The notes beneath the pieces were generated by a model. It was not told where the DNA came from. It was given only the letters and a program-made list of their open reading frames with translations, and did no database searches. DNA of 64,000 nt from Rotaria socialis (Eukaryota), in assembly GCA_905331295.1 (NCBI GenBank), contig CAJNYD010000333.1, positions 62,001 to 126,000 of the forward strand, in the 5' to 3' direction. Below are positions 54,601-64,000 of the stretch, piece by piece. The stretch's first letter is position 1, and the number at the start of each line of letters is the position of its first letter. The translations under genes were made by a program, and so were the position numbers.

Positions 54601-54982
54601 TCGATCACTAGCACGATCAAGTTCTTTATACGGAATGAGAAATACTGAACACGATCCACCGTATTGGAGAGGTATGAATATCGATTGCTTTTCTTATTTG
54701 TAAAATAATTATTTAGGTGCTATATGGATAAATATGAATTATATGGTTCTATCGGCTTTACAACATTATGCAAAAATTTCTGGTCCCTATTCGGATAAAG
54801 CTCAAGATATTTATAAACAATTACGTACAAATCTTCTCAAGAATATGTTACGTGTTTACGAGAAAACAGGTCACGTTTGGGAACAATATGATGACAAAAC
54901 TGGAAATGGAAAAGGTAGTCATCCATTTACTGGATGGTCATCATTGATTGTTTTGATCATGTCGGAATTGTATGACGAGTAG
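50331..54982 (+). CDS. MOGS: Mannosyl-oligosaccharide glucosidase (glucosidase I, GH63)
   Basis: [64 protein letters not shown]; type II N-terminal TM segment. Confidence 0.96.
51538..51716. mobile_element. Small hAT-type MITE with G-rich core in a MOGS intron
   Basis: Perfect 16-bp TIR taggggcgtaaccaga/tctggttacgccccta; identical 8-bp TSD ctttaaat; core poly-G length unreliable (adjacent n). Confidence 0.88.
52063..52143 (+). repeat. 81-bp repeat copy A (inverted partner at 53528-53608)
   Basis: ggaaatcccatgatatc...gttattttg is the reverse complement of 53528-53608. Confidence 0.85.
53528..53608 (-). repeat. 81-bp repeat copy B (inverted partner of 52063-52143)
   Basis: caaaataacaaaac...catgggatttcc in a later MOGS intron. 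Confidence 0.85.
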
Positions 54983-55342
54983 CTCAATTTGTTGATAAGA
55001 CGTAGCCTAGGAGAAGAAAATACATGAATGTTTAATGTGATAATCATTTACATTCTTCATCTTTTTTTTGACGTTGTTATTCGAATGCAATAATATAAAA
55101 CGAAATATCCAATTTTATGATAATATGAAAATGATCTTGCCTTTGTTTTGAAGTTTTTGATAAATTTTACTTTTTTGCTAAATCAGTACGATAATATACT
55201 AGTTTATTTTTTTTCCTATGGAATGGGTTGTTTCTTTATATATCTTAGAAGTGTTTTGTTAATCGCTTATTCTACCTTGATACGAAGTTCAAATAAATTA
55301 TTTAAAAAAAAATGGAATAAAATTCGAAATTGTTCAAAATAA

Positions 55343-55494
55343 TTATTTTGAACTTTCTATCTGATAGATATTTATTTTGAACTTTCTATCTGATAGATAT
55401 TTATTTTGAACTTTCTATCTGATAGATATTTATTTTGAACTTTCTATCTGATAGATATTTATTTTGAACTTTCTATCTGATAGATATTTATTTT
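55343..55494. repeat. Minisatellite, 29-bp unit x5 (identical copies)
   Basis: Unit ttattttgaactttctatctgatagatat repeated head-to-tail without spacers. Confidence 0.92.
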
Positions 55495-56020
55495 TACATT
55501 TCAGATTAATCTCTTTTATTTTTTTGTTACACTGCTCAACTGTGATTTCTTAATGCATTCCTGGTGATAACTATTTCATACTTTATCACTAAGTACGTTT
55601 GTTTTTGTGTAGAATTCATTTTTATCCTTTAATATTATCTGAGAAAATGAATTCACTTTCATTATTTACTATATAAATCAATTTTCTCACAAAAGAAAAT
55701 ATCTTCGAGTTCTTGACAAATTTCTTTTCTATTAAAATAGAGGTATTCATTCCCCTTTTATACTGCTAGGACGATATTGGCTATGCTCGAATTTTACCTT
55801 TCAACCTGGTCGGTTCGACTGTGAAGCCTCTTTCGTCTGAAGGATTCGATTAATTTATCTTGTCTCAGCCAAAACAAGACATTGCAGAATTTGAAAATAT
55901 CTCAACTTTTAGAGAATCTTCAGCAAAGAAATTTTTTAACCAGGACGTTCCTCTTAAACGGTGAGCTCAATTTTTGAAATCATATAATATATTTTTTGTT
56001 TTATAAAATAGCTTCACCAA

Positions 56021-57011
56021 ATGACTGTTACACCACGTATATTGTACATAGTCACTTTTTTGTGCTTTTTATTAATGTTTTTTGTCATGCACCTTTATTA
56101 CAATGGCTATTTTATCTATGCGAAATTAATTCAAACTTTAACAATATTACCTAATGGCTCAAAATCTTTATCTTCTAACATGAATGATAATTTACAAAAT
56201 AAAATCAAAGACAAAACTGCAAATCTGGGTTTTATTCACGCTTTTATTGCGTCAATTTCTGTCATTGTGGTTTCTGAATTAGGAGATAAAACATTTTTCA
56301 TTGCTGCCATTTTAGCAATGCGCCATTCACGTTTAGTTGTATACGCAGGTGCAATGGGTGCGCTTGGTGCCATGACAGTATTATCAGCATTATTAGGAAA
56401 TATTGTTACTAATTTTGTTCCACGAATTTATACATTTTATTTATCAATGATACTTTTTGCAGGTTTCGGCATTAAAATGTTGAAAGACGGTTATGGAATG
56501 TCACCCGATGAAGGTACTGAAGAGTACGAAGAGGTTCAACAAGAAGTCGATAAAGCCGAAGCTACAAGTGATCTTGAATCAGGTGATGGCAATGGAACAA
56601 TTGATAGTTTGCCAAAAGTCACTCAACAAGTATTAACATCAAAAAGTATTGTGACAAAAATTACAACAATTATTCGTCGTTATTTATCACCCATATTAAT
56701 TCAATCATTTATTATGACATTTCTTGCTGTGAGTAGGCGAAGAAAAAAAAACTACAAATTACTATTTCACTACTTTTCATTAGGAATGGGGTGATCGATC
56801 TCAAATAACTACAATTGTTTTAGCTGCTAGTGAAAATCTTCTAGGTGTTATTGTTGGTGGTACTGTAGGTCATGGTTTATGCACAGGATTAGCAGTAATC
56901 GGCGGTCGTTTTATCGCACAAAAAATATCAGCAAAGACCGTTACACTAGTTGGTGGTGTTGTATTTTTAGCTTTTGCGGTGTCTGCATTTTATGTTGGTC
57001 CAAGTAAATAA
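56021..57011 (+). CDS. TMEM165: TMEM165/GDT1 (UPF0016) Golgi Ca2+/Mn2+ antiporter, 2 coding exons
   Basis: SELGDKT and FLAEWGDRSQ motifs; AVIGGRFIAQKIS. Confidence 0.96.
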
Positions 57012-58440
57012 TCAATCAAATACTAAGATAATTGAATACATTGAATTTCTATTCTCCGAACAAGAACAGTTATCAGTAATCACTTGATTTTATGGAGTAC
57101 TCGATTTTTCTGATATTTTTTTTCAAAGTTTTATGCATATATTCATAAGTGACTTTTGTTCTGTTCTTATTTTATTGAATATCACCGATCTGTAGTAATC
57201 ACGTATCGTTTTTTTTTCTCGTAGCAGCAAGAGCTAAAAATTATACAATTAACCAACTCTCTGTGATCATTTAAATGGAGAAAAAAACGTTTTTTACTTC
57301 AACTAATAAATGCTTGCACTTTAATAGACCATTTTTCTGTCAAAGTAACATGCCATGCCGTTTTCCTTAGTGTAACTCAATTAGGTACATAGCGATTTAT
57401 TTCGCAAGAAAAATTTTTTTTTTCCGAAGGCAGTATTGAACATTTCTGATTGCATTGCGCAGAGAATTTTTTTCAAAGAGTTCATGGGTGCTGCATGTCA
57501 GAAAACTTTTTATTTCAATCCATTTTACTCATTCAGTATAACAACTCAGGACAAACACGGCACTTGAAAACTTTTACATTAATTCATTTGACTTAATTGA
57601 TCCATTAAATTATTCATATTATTCCATTGAACATTCAATACTTGATACATTAACTTTGAAAGTGTGTCAGGAAAAAAATTTGTTCAAACTAAGTAAACAA
57701 AAAGTAAAGCAATAGAAATATTGCATTAGTAACGAACAGATGAGATGAAATGCTTCCATTTGATGTTGTAGTGAGATTGATAATGCTATGCAAAAATTGA
57801 GCTGGTGATTATCTGAAAAAGAAAGTATGATTGGTAAAAGAATGGAAAGATGTGTTTGCCCTGAGGATAATCTTTTTCTTTTCTGTCTGATTAGAAAAGC
57901 AAAATCCAGACAGTAGTCTAGTTTCATTTAAGTATCTCTGTGGTATGGAATATTATGACGTTTATATTATTAAAGATATGAACCAAATCAATGTTTTTGC
58001 ATGATACGATGGCCTTTACCCACAGAAAAGGTTGGACGCTCCTTTTACAAATGTACTTACATAAACAAAGAGTGCTGCTATTAACGTGATTCCTATGGGA
58101 TTAAAAAAACTGAAGCGCGTGAGATGATTGATCACATTTAATTGCTTTAGTATATTGATTTTATGATACACATAGTACTATCATCCTGCTTCACTTAATC
58201 CTTCGGCAATTGAATGAAAAGATAGATTATAGATCGGAACGAAACTTGATTCATTGGCACGCCTAGTTCGTATGACAACAATATCTATCAAAAGCGATAG
58301 TTTTTTGCATTCATAAAATATTTTGAAATTGGTGCTGTGTTTGAATAAGGCCTGTCAATCTGTCATTGTCTGTACAGAGTAGTTTCAGTTACGGCTTGTT
58401 AATATAATCTGTCACGCTTTATACGATAATAGAAGAACAG

Positions 58441-58967
58441 TGTAACAATCCTACCGAACTTGTAATGTGTTACGTATTCTTAGCCAAACTGTTTGTAATG
58501 TGCTCTTCTAGTTGTTACTCATACAAAGCTCAGTTGTGACGATTTCTGAGGTAGTAGATGTTGTATAAAGTGTTATTTAACTAATGCTTTATTAAACTAT
58601 CAAGAATCGTGCTATACTGTATTTTTCTCGTTCATTAAATACCATTTTGTGGCATAGATGGACTTTGATTGATACAGCGTAAACAATATGAAGTGAAAGG
58701 ACAAATCGAAAGAGTACAACTAATAGCACGATTATTGGCAATGACATATACAGAATGCCATTCTCTAGTGTGCAAACGTAAAAGATCGTAGTGATTGTAA
58801 ACTATGCATCGGTGAAGGAAAAATTGATAGTGCATGTTAGGAATGTAAATGAGAGAAGAAGAGATTAAAGTCTACAGAGCTTTGTATGAGTAACAACTAG
58901 AAGAGCACATTACAAACAGTTTAGCTAAGAATACGCAACACATTACAAGTTCGGTAGGATTGTTACA
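58441..58967. mobile_element. MITE with about 90-bp TIRs, TGT...ACA ends and 5-bp TSD (Ginger-like)
   Basis: 58441-58530 is the near-perfect reverse complement of about 58878-58967 (2 mismatches seen); aacag directly flanks both ends. Confidence 0.85.
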
Positions 58968-60285
58968 AACAGTATTGTGAACCAGTGAGGATAATTACCA
59001 ATCAGTCTATATAAAATCCAATACTTTGCTTTCTGAACGAACTCAAGATAGTTCATGCAAATATTTTACTCATTTCATACTTATTTAATAGAAGCAGAAA
59101 AACATCGCATTAAGTTACACGATATTTTCCAATCATATGGTTCGTATTGTAGCATTAATTTTAACAGCTACGATCATTTTTTTTACATCTATTGTTCTTC
59201 GGTATAAATTATTCAATATAGGAACTTTTATTAATGATATTTTATGCTAAAAAAGTGTTTGAAAGATTAGAAAGTAGAGGAACAGAATAATAAAATGCAA
59301 TTTGTATCAAATAATTTAATTCTATTGATGTTGCTCAGTTAGATCTAGCTAATATTTTTCTTCAAAAGTAAATTCGATAAGCATCCCTAAGGGCGTTAGA
59401 CATTCTCTCTCGTCAATTTCAAATATTTACTAAACATCAGAGAAAATCAAATAGCTTGCCACTCTTGTTATGTGTTCGGTGATAATGGGAAAAACTGTCG
59501 CTTCATTTCCTTTTAATAAACATAAAGCAATCAAAAACTTCCGTCGTCTATCTATTGGTAAATAAGAATGTTTTTCTCGTCCCCAAGTGACCATCGCTAT
59601 GCAATATTTCAATCATCATTGTACTAAATTTAATAAGAAACTGTCTTGCCCTTGTGAATTCAATTAAAATAGTTCAACGAAATCAAGACTATGCTAATGC
59701 TTTATTTTTCTCAACTCAGTACGATAAAATCACTGTAGTGAAGAACAAGCACGAATAGATCTCTCTACTTGATGAGTTCATCTTTCGCTTGAATAATCAG
59801 TTCGTGATATAATGCAACATTTTACAACAGTTATGGCGTCTTATTTTGATTTGGTTTTGAATCTGCTTGTAGTACACCGGATACTCTACTCTATTGGTTT
59901 GATGTAGCAATTATGTATGATAGAAAAGAGAGAGCGCGCGAGAGAGAGAAAAAATGTTTTCATATTGCCATTTCAACGAGCAGCAGGGTAATTCTTTAAG
60001 ATCCTACGAAAGCAAGACAATGCAATGATTTATTTTGTTCTCAATAGTCATATAATTCTCAAAGTAGCAGCAATAAAAAAATAAGATGAGAGCTTGTAAA
60101 AGAAAGATAATAGCTTATTTTTATTTTTCTATGCCTATTTATTATTATTAATATCGTATATATGTCTTCAGAGACGTAGCAAAGAATAGAAAAAGAACAA
60201 GGAATACGGTATATAAAGAAAAATACAATACGAACATTTATTCGATTCATCTTACACAGCTTTTTCACACATTAACTATAAAAAA

Positions 60286-61059
60286 ATGCTTTCTCAGGAG
60301 CAAAAGAAACTTGGGTGGACTTGGGCTAATTCAGCTCAATGGTCAATAAATTTTCCATGTGCTAATGGATTATGCCAATCTCCAATTAATATAAAGACAA
60401 GTGATACTGTTCCAAAGTTCTTTTCGTCTCTGAACTTTTCTTCAAAATACGATTCGGATTTAATGTTTACTATGACAAACAATGGCCAACAAATACAGAT
60501 GACATTTCCTAAAGATTCCAATGAACAAACCGGCGATGAATTATATTTAACTGGTATTAATTTAATTGGAAAATATCATTTTTCAGATCTTCATATACAC
60601 TGGGGAGCCGATAACAAGCAAGGTGCTGAACATGAAATAGATGGAAATCGTTTTGCAGGTGAAGCACATTTTGTGCATAAAAATAAAGATACTCAACAAT
60701 TGGCTGTACTTGCAATCTTTTTAACAGTATCTGATATTGGCAACAAATCGAATGAATGGGATAAATATGCTAATATTGCAAGTCAATTAACGAAAACTGA
60801 TGATAAAACAACATGCGTATTGAATTTAAGTCGACTCATGCAAATGAAACATACAGAATTTTATCGTTATGAAGGTAGTTTAACGTCGCCACCATGTACT
60901 GAAGGTATTATATGGACAGTATTTCCTTATGAAGTTCCAATTAAAGAAGAAAGTTTAAATGCTCTACGCCAAAACATTCTACCCAATACTTATCGACCGT
61001 TGCAGCCATTAAATGGCCGAACTGTTTTTCGAAACTATGAACATTCACAAACGATTTAA
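60286..61059 (+). CDS. Alpha-class carbonic anhydrase, cytosolic type, intronless
   Basis: QSPINI, LHIHWG, GAEHEIDG, EAHFVH, YRYEGSLTSPPCTEG, YRPLQPLNGR; three zinc-binding His present. Confidence 0.95.
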   Translation: MLSQEQKKLGWTWANSAQWSINFPCANGLCQSPINIKTSDTVPKFFSSLNFSSKYDSDLMFTMTNNGQQIQMTFPKDSNEQTGDELYLTGINLIGKYHFSDLHIHWGADNKQGAEHEIDGNRFAGEAHFVHKNKDTQQLAVLAIFLTVSDIGNKSNEWDKYANIASQLTKTDDKTTCVLNLSRLMQMKHTEFYRYEGSLTSPPCTEGIIWTVFPYEVPIKEESLNALRQNILPNTYRPLQPLNGRTVFRNYEHSQTI

Positions 61060-61304
61060 AAAGTCTGTTGTCTTATTCTAGTTTTAGAATTGTAGACTTC
61101 TTGCTAGTATGCAACAAAATATTAATAGAAAAAATCAACAATAACATTGAATTACAACCAGAATGAAAAATGATGGTTTGCACTTTTTAAATATTTTTAT
61201 AATAAACTTTTCATGTAGCAGTGCATGGTTTAGAAAGAAGTATAACAACTTCTGCTATCAATAATAATCAATACCTAAAAGAAATAGCGAAGTATGACAA
61301 GAAG

Positions 61305-62108
61305 AGTAACTGTCTAATTCGAGTTCGAATATAAATGGAGAAAAGAAAAAGTTAAACTAAAACTAAATCTATTCCTAGATTTAGTTTTAGTTTAACTTTC
61401 CGATATATGCGACATATGAATAGAGGTGTCAGCCGTGCGACTGAGCCGCCGCAGCAGCCGAGTTTTCTATAATATCAGCCGCCGTAGCCACCAAATTGCT
61501 GGTAATTTTAAGAATTTTTGGGGAGCCGCCGTTGCGCCGCTGCAAGAGATACAAATTTTTGATAGCGTCATCCACCGCCGCTGACATCAATACATATGCG
61601 ATCGAATCGAACATTTTTGTTTTTATTTTCATCAATGAATTTTTAACTCAGTCGCCGCCGTCTCATAAGGACTTGCAAATATCAGCCTGTGCCACCGCTG
61701 TGGAAAAAATTTTAAGAATTTATAGCAGCCACCGCTGAAGTCATTACTCTTTCAAAGAAGGAGCCACTGGAAATCTTTAAAAATTGAAAATTGTTGCCCG
61801 CCGCCGTCGTTCAACCCTTCAGCTGACACCTCTACATATGAATACATATATACCTTTCACTCGCATCCACCTTTGAGCACTCCTCCATGGTATCCATCAC
61901 CCACACTTACATTTGAAATATCCGGGATGCCCCCTCTGCACCCTTTCCGGGTGCCCTTCACCCACAGTTACCCCTTAGTCCCCTCAACCCACACCCACTC
62001 CATCTTAAACTAAACATAAAACTAAATCTATTTCTATCACTTATTTTCGAATTGATATCATGCAGTTGGGTGTCCATTTATATTCGACTTCGAACTAGGC
62101 ATCTCACG
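61305..62108. mobile_element. Degenerate MULE-like non-autonomous element (host of a nested MITE)
   Basis: About 29-bp imperfect TIR (61311-61339 vs 62073-62101); 9-bp direct repeat gacaagaag at 61296-61304 and 62109-62117. Confidence 0.6.
61421..61834. mobile_element. hAT-type MITE nested in the previous element
   Basis: Perfect 13-bp TIR tagaggtgtcagc/gctgacacctcta; identical 8-bp TSD catatgaa; internal gccgcc repeats. Confidence 0.92.
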
Positions 62109-62287
62109 GACAAGAAGGCTGTTCATTTCGAATACTGACAGGAGTTAATATCGTTCAGGGAAATATAAGATTTATAAATATCAAATGAACACTAACATTG
62201 CTTTTATTAATACTCGAGTCGTTATCAATATCTCTATTAGTTTTTACTTTTATTGCTGAAAGAATTTTAACTTTTATCTTATTTATA

Positions 62288-62540
62288 ACCCTAGTGAAGG
62301 TACTCATAAACCGAATACTCAAAAAGTACTCACGCTAGAAAATGTCGCGAGTTCTCGTGAGTACCCGTGGCTTTGAGACTCATTAGTAGTACTTGTGCTT
62401 GGATCTGAGTACGACTGTTGAGTATTCGCCTTATAAAATCGAATGTTTCGTGAGTACTCATCATACATTCTGTGAGTACTCTGGTTTTTTTTTGTAAAAT
62501 ACTCAGACACAAATTTTGCTCAGTATCCTTTTACTAGGTT
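62288..62540. mobile_element. Degenerate MITE-like element with gagtactc repeats
   Basis: Imperfect ends cctagtgaagg / ccttttactagg; many (g)agtactc palindromic motifs; no TSD found. Confidence 0.5.
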
Positions 62541-62832
62541 CAATTCATTTATTTCAAAAACTAATGATAGAACAGAGAGTTACACGATAACAATCTGAGA
62601 AAACGAAGTGTTTCATCGTCTTAAAATTTGTTTAATTATGACACAGAGATAAAACATTTTTCCACAGAATGTAAGAAAAAACTATATAAAAACCTGTATT
62701 AAGAGCGCTACAACATGTGTAAACACAAACACGCATGAGAAATAAATTATGGGTCAAATTAAGATACGTGATAACAATACACATTCACTTGAGATCGTTA
62801 CAAAAAATATGAACATTTTAAATCGAAAACTA

Positions 62833-63242
62833 TAATCGTTGAGTAAAAAGTACAAAAATGTATGAACTGTCTTCTATATTATTGATGCTTCGTCAGAATA
62901 TTGAATCTCATGTTTTTGGAAAAATTTTTTCATTCGTCTTGTGTGTTTCATTAATTTTCACAAAAAAAATTAATTTTATCTAAAACAATATTTTAACTTT
63001 GATTTAAGACGTAAAATTTAACACATCATTTTATATTTTCAAATAAATATTTGGTCTTACTCGAGAAACGAATAGCTAAGACATTTCAAATTTCTTGAAA
63101 TTCAGACAAGTTTCTTTTTTTCTTTGCCTTTCAACGATTTTTATTATATCTTAAAGAAAAATATTACGTGATATTTTATGTATATATACNATAATATAGA
63201 AGACAGTTCATACATTTTTTGTACTTTTTACTCAACGATTAT
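62833..63242. repeat. About 50-bp inverted repeat pair (possible MITE TIRs; assembly join nearby)
   Basis: taatcgttgagtaaaaagtacaaaaatgtatgaactgtcttctatattat at about 62833-62882 vs its reverse complement at about 63191-63242; n at 63190. Confidence 0.55.
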
Positions 63243-63509
63243 TATTATATCTTAAAGAAAAATATTACGTGATATTTTATGTATATATACTTATAAATAT
63301 AGAGAAGCTTGAACATTGTATCTTTTTTTTCTAGGTGACGCTGACGGACTATAACAGATGTGTTTTTTTAAATAGATAGTTTTGTTCAATTGTTTTTCTT
63401 TTTCTTTATTATTTTTGTATGCGATATGAACTTATTATATATTTCCTTACACATGTAATGTGCTTTTTGTGTATTTTTTTAATTCGATTAAAATATAATA
63501 CTACCGAAA

Positions 63510-63570
63510 NNNNNNNNNNNNNNNNNNNNNNNNNNNNNNNNNNNNNNNNNNNNNNNNNNNNNNNNNNNNN
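63510..63570. other. Assembly gap
   Basis: Run of n. Confidence 1.
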
Positions 63571-63635
63571 TGTATGGATGCCTAAATAAAATTCATTTTA
63601 TTACAAGGATTTGTCAAAATGGCACGAATTTTAAG

Positions 63636-63775
63636 GAAACAAGAATCATACCAGAAAACAAGAACACAAGAATCTTGTCAGAAAGTTATGATCTGGTTTT
63701 TTTTCAGGCAAGAATCTTGTACAGAAAGAACGGCAGAAGAATCTTGTCTGATGTCCAAAAAAAACAAGAATCTGG
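63636..63775. repeat. Dispersed aagaatc(ttgt) short repeats, probably a transposon subterminal region
   Basis: About five copies of aagaatc in 140 bp next to the gap. Confidence 0.45.
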
Positions 63776-64000
63776 ACAGATCGAAGTCACGATCGTCGAC
63801 TAGTATGAGTAGTTTGATAATCTATTTTAGGTAATGTACATTCTTTTCTTTTCAGTCTTAACATTTCATAATGACTTGCGACAAACATTCGAGTATAATC
63901 AGTGAGTTCTTTCCAATGTCCACCATTGATAAGACGATCGATATCCAAGGGCGAACAGCCCAGCCTGGAAACGGTCGGTTCCGGGTAGTTTCGTCAATTT

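Noticed and set aside
55343..55494. 29-bp repeats as a CRISPR array
   Set aside because: Units are head-to-tail with no spacers; eukaryotic context; no cas genes.
57350..57565. Weak inverted ends tgccg...cggca
   Set aside because: TIR too degenerate and no TSD.
61429..61738. Two ORFs (68 and 80 aa)
   Set aside because: Lie wholly inside a MITE made of gcc repeats; no transposase motifs.
63132..63290. About 58-bp direct duplication
   Set aside because: Straddles an n at 63190 near a gap; probably an assembly overlap.

Overview
AT-rich eukaryotic (animal) genomic DNA with compact genes and mostly ~50-65 nt GT-AG introns. The gene style is most consistent with a bdelloid rotifer (inference, not proven). 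About 22 protein-coding genes can be assembled by eye: two TMEM272-like genes, a claudin-like gene, STARD10, PLAC8/cornifelin, PINK1, a tail-anchored TIR-domain gene, an MS4A-like gene, an SLC35G-like transporter, a PARP14-like RRM/KH gene, NOLC1/Nopp140, MON1, MPHOSPH6, PCGF3, SEC61B, ERGIC3, ACTR1, MOGS, TMEM165, an alpha-carbonic anhydrase and one unknown. Most of the oversized introns and the 3' end of the window contain non-autonomous DNA transposons (hAT-, Ginger- and MULE-like, several with intact TIRs and TSDs). The standout is an intronless ORF (28973-29839, minus strand) carrying the ordered motif set of bacterial OspF/SpvC/HopAI1 phosphothreonine lyases plus a C-terminal membrane anchor, embedded among ordinary intron-rich animal genes. 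Other candidates are a tail-anchored TIR with an intact catalytic Glu and a tightly packed same-strand run (MPP6-MON1-NOLC1-lyase) with splice acceptors abutting start codons, suggestive of an operon resolved by trans-splicing. All family calls come from motif recognition by eye; no database searches were run, and exon boundaries are approximate.
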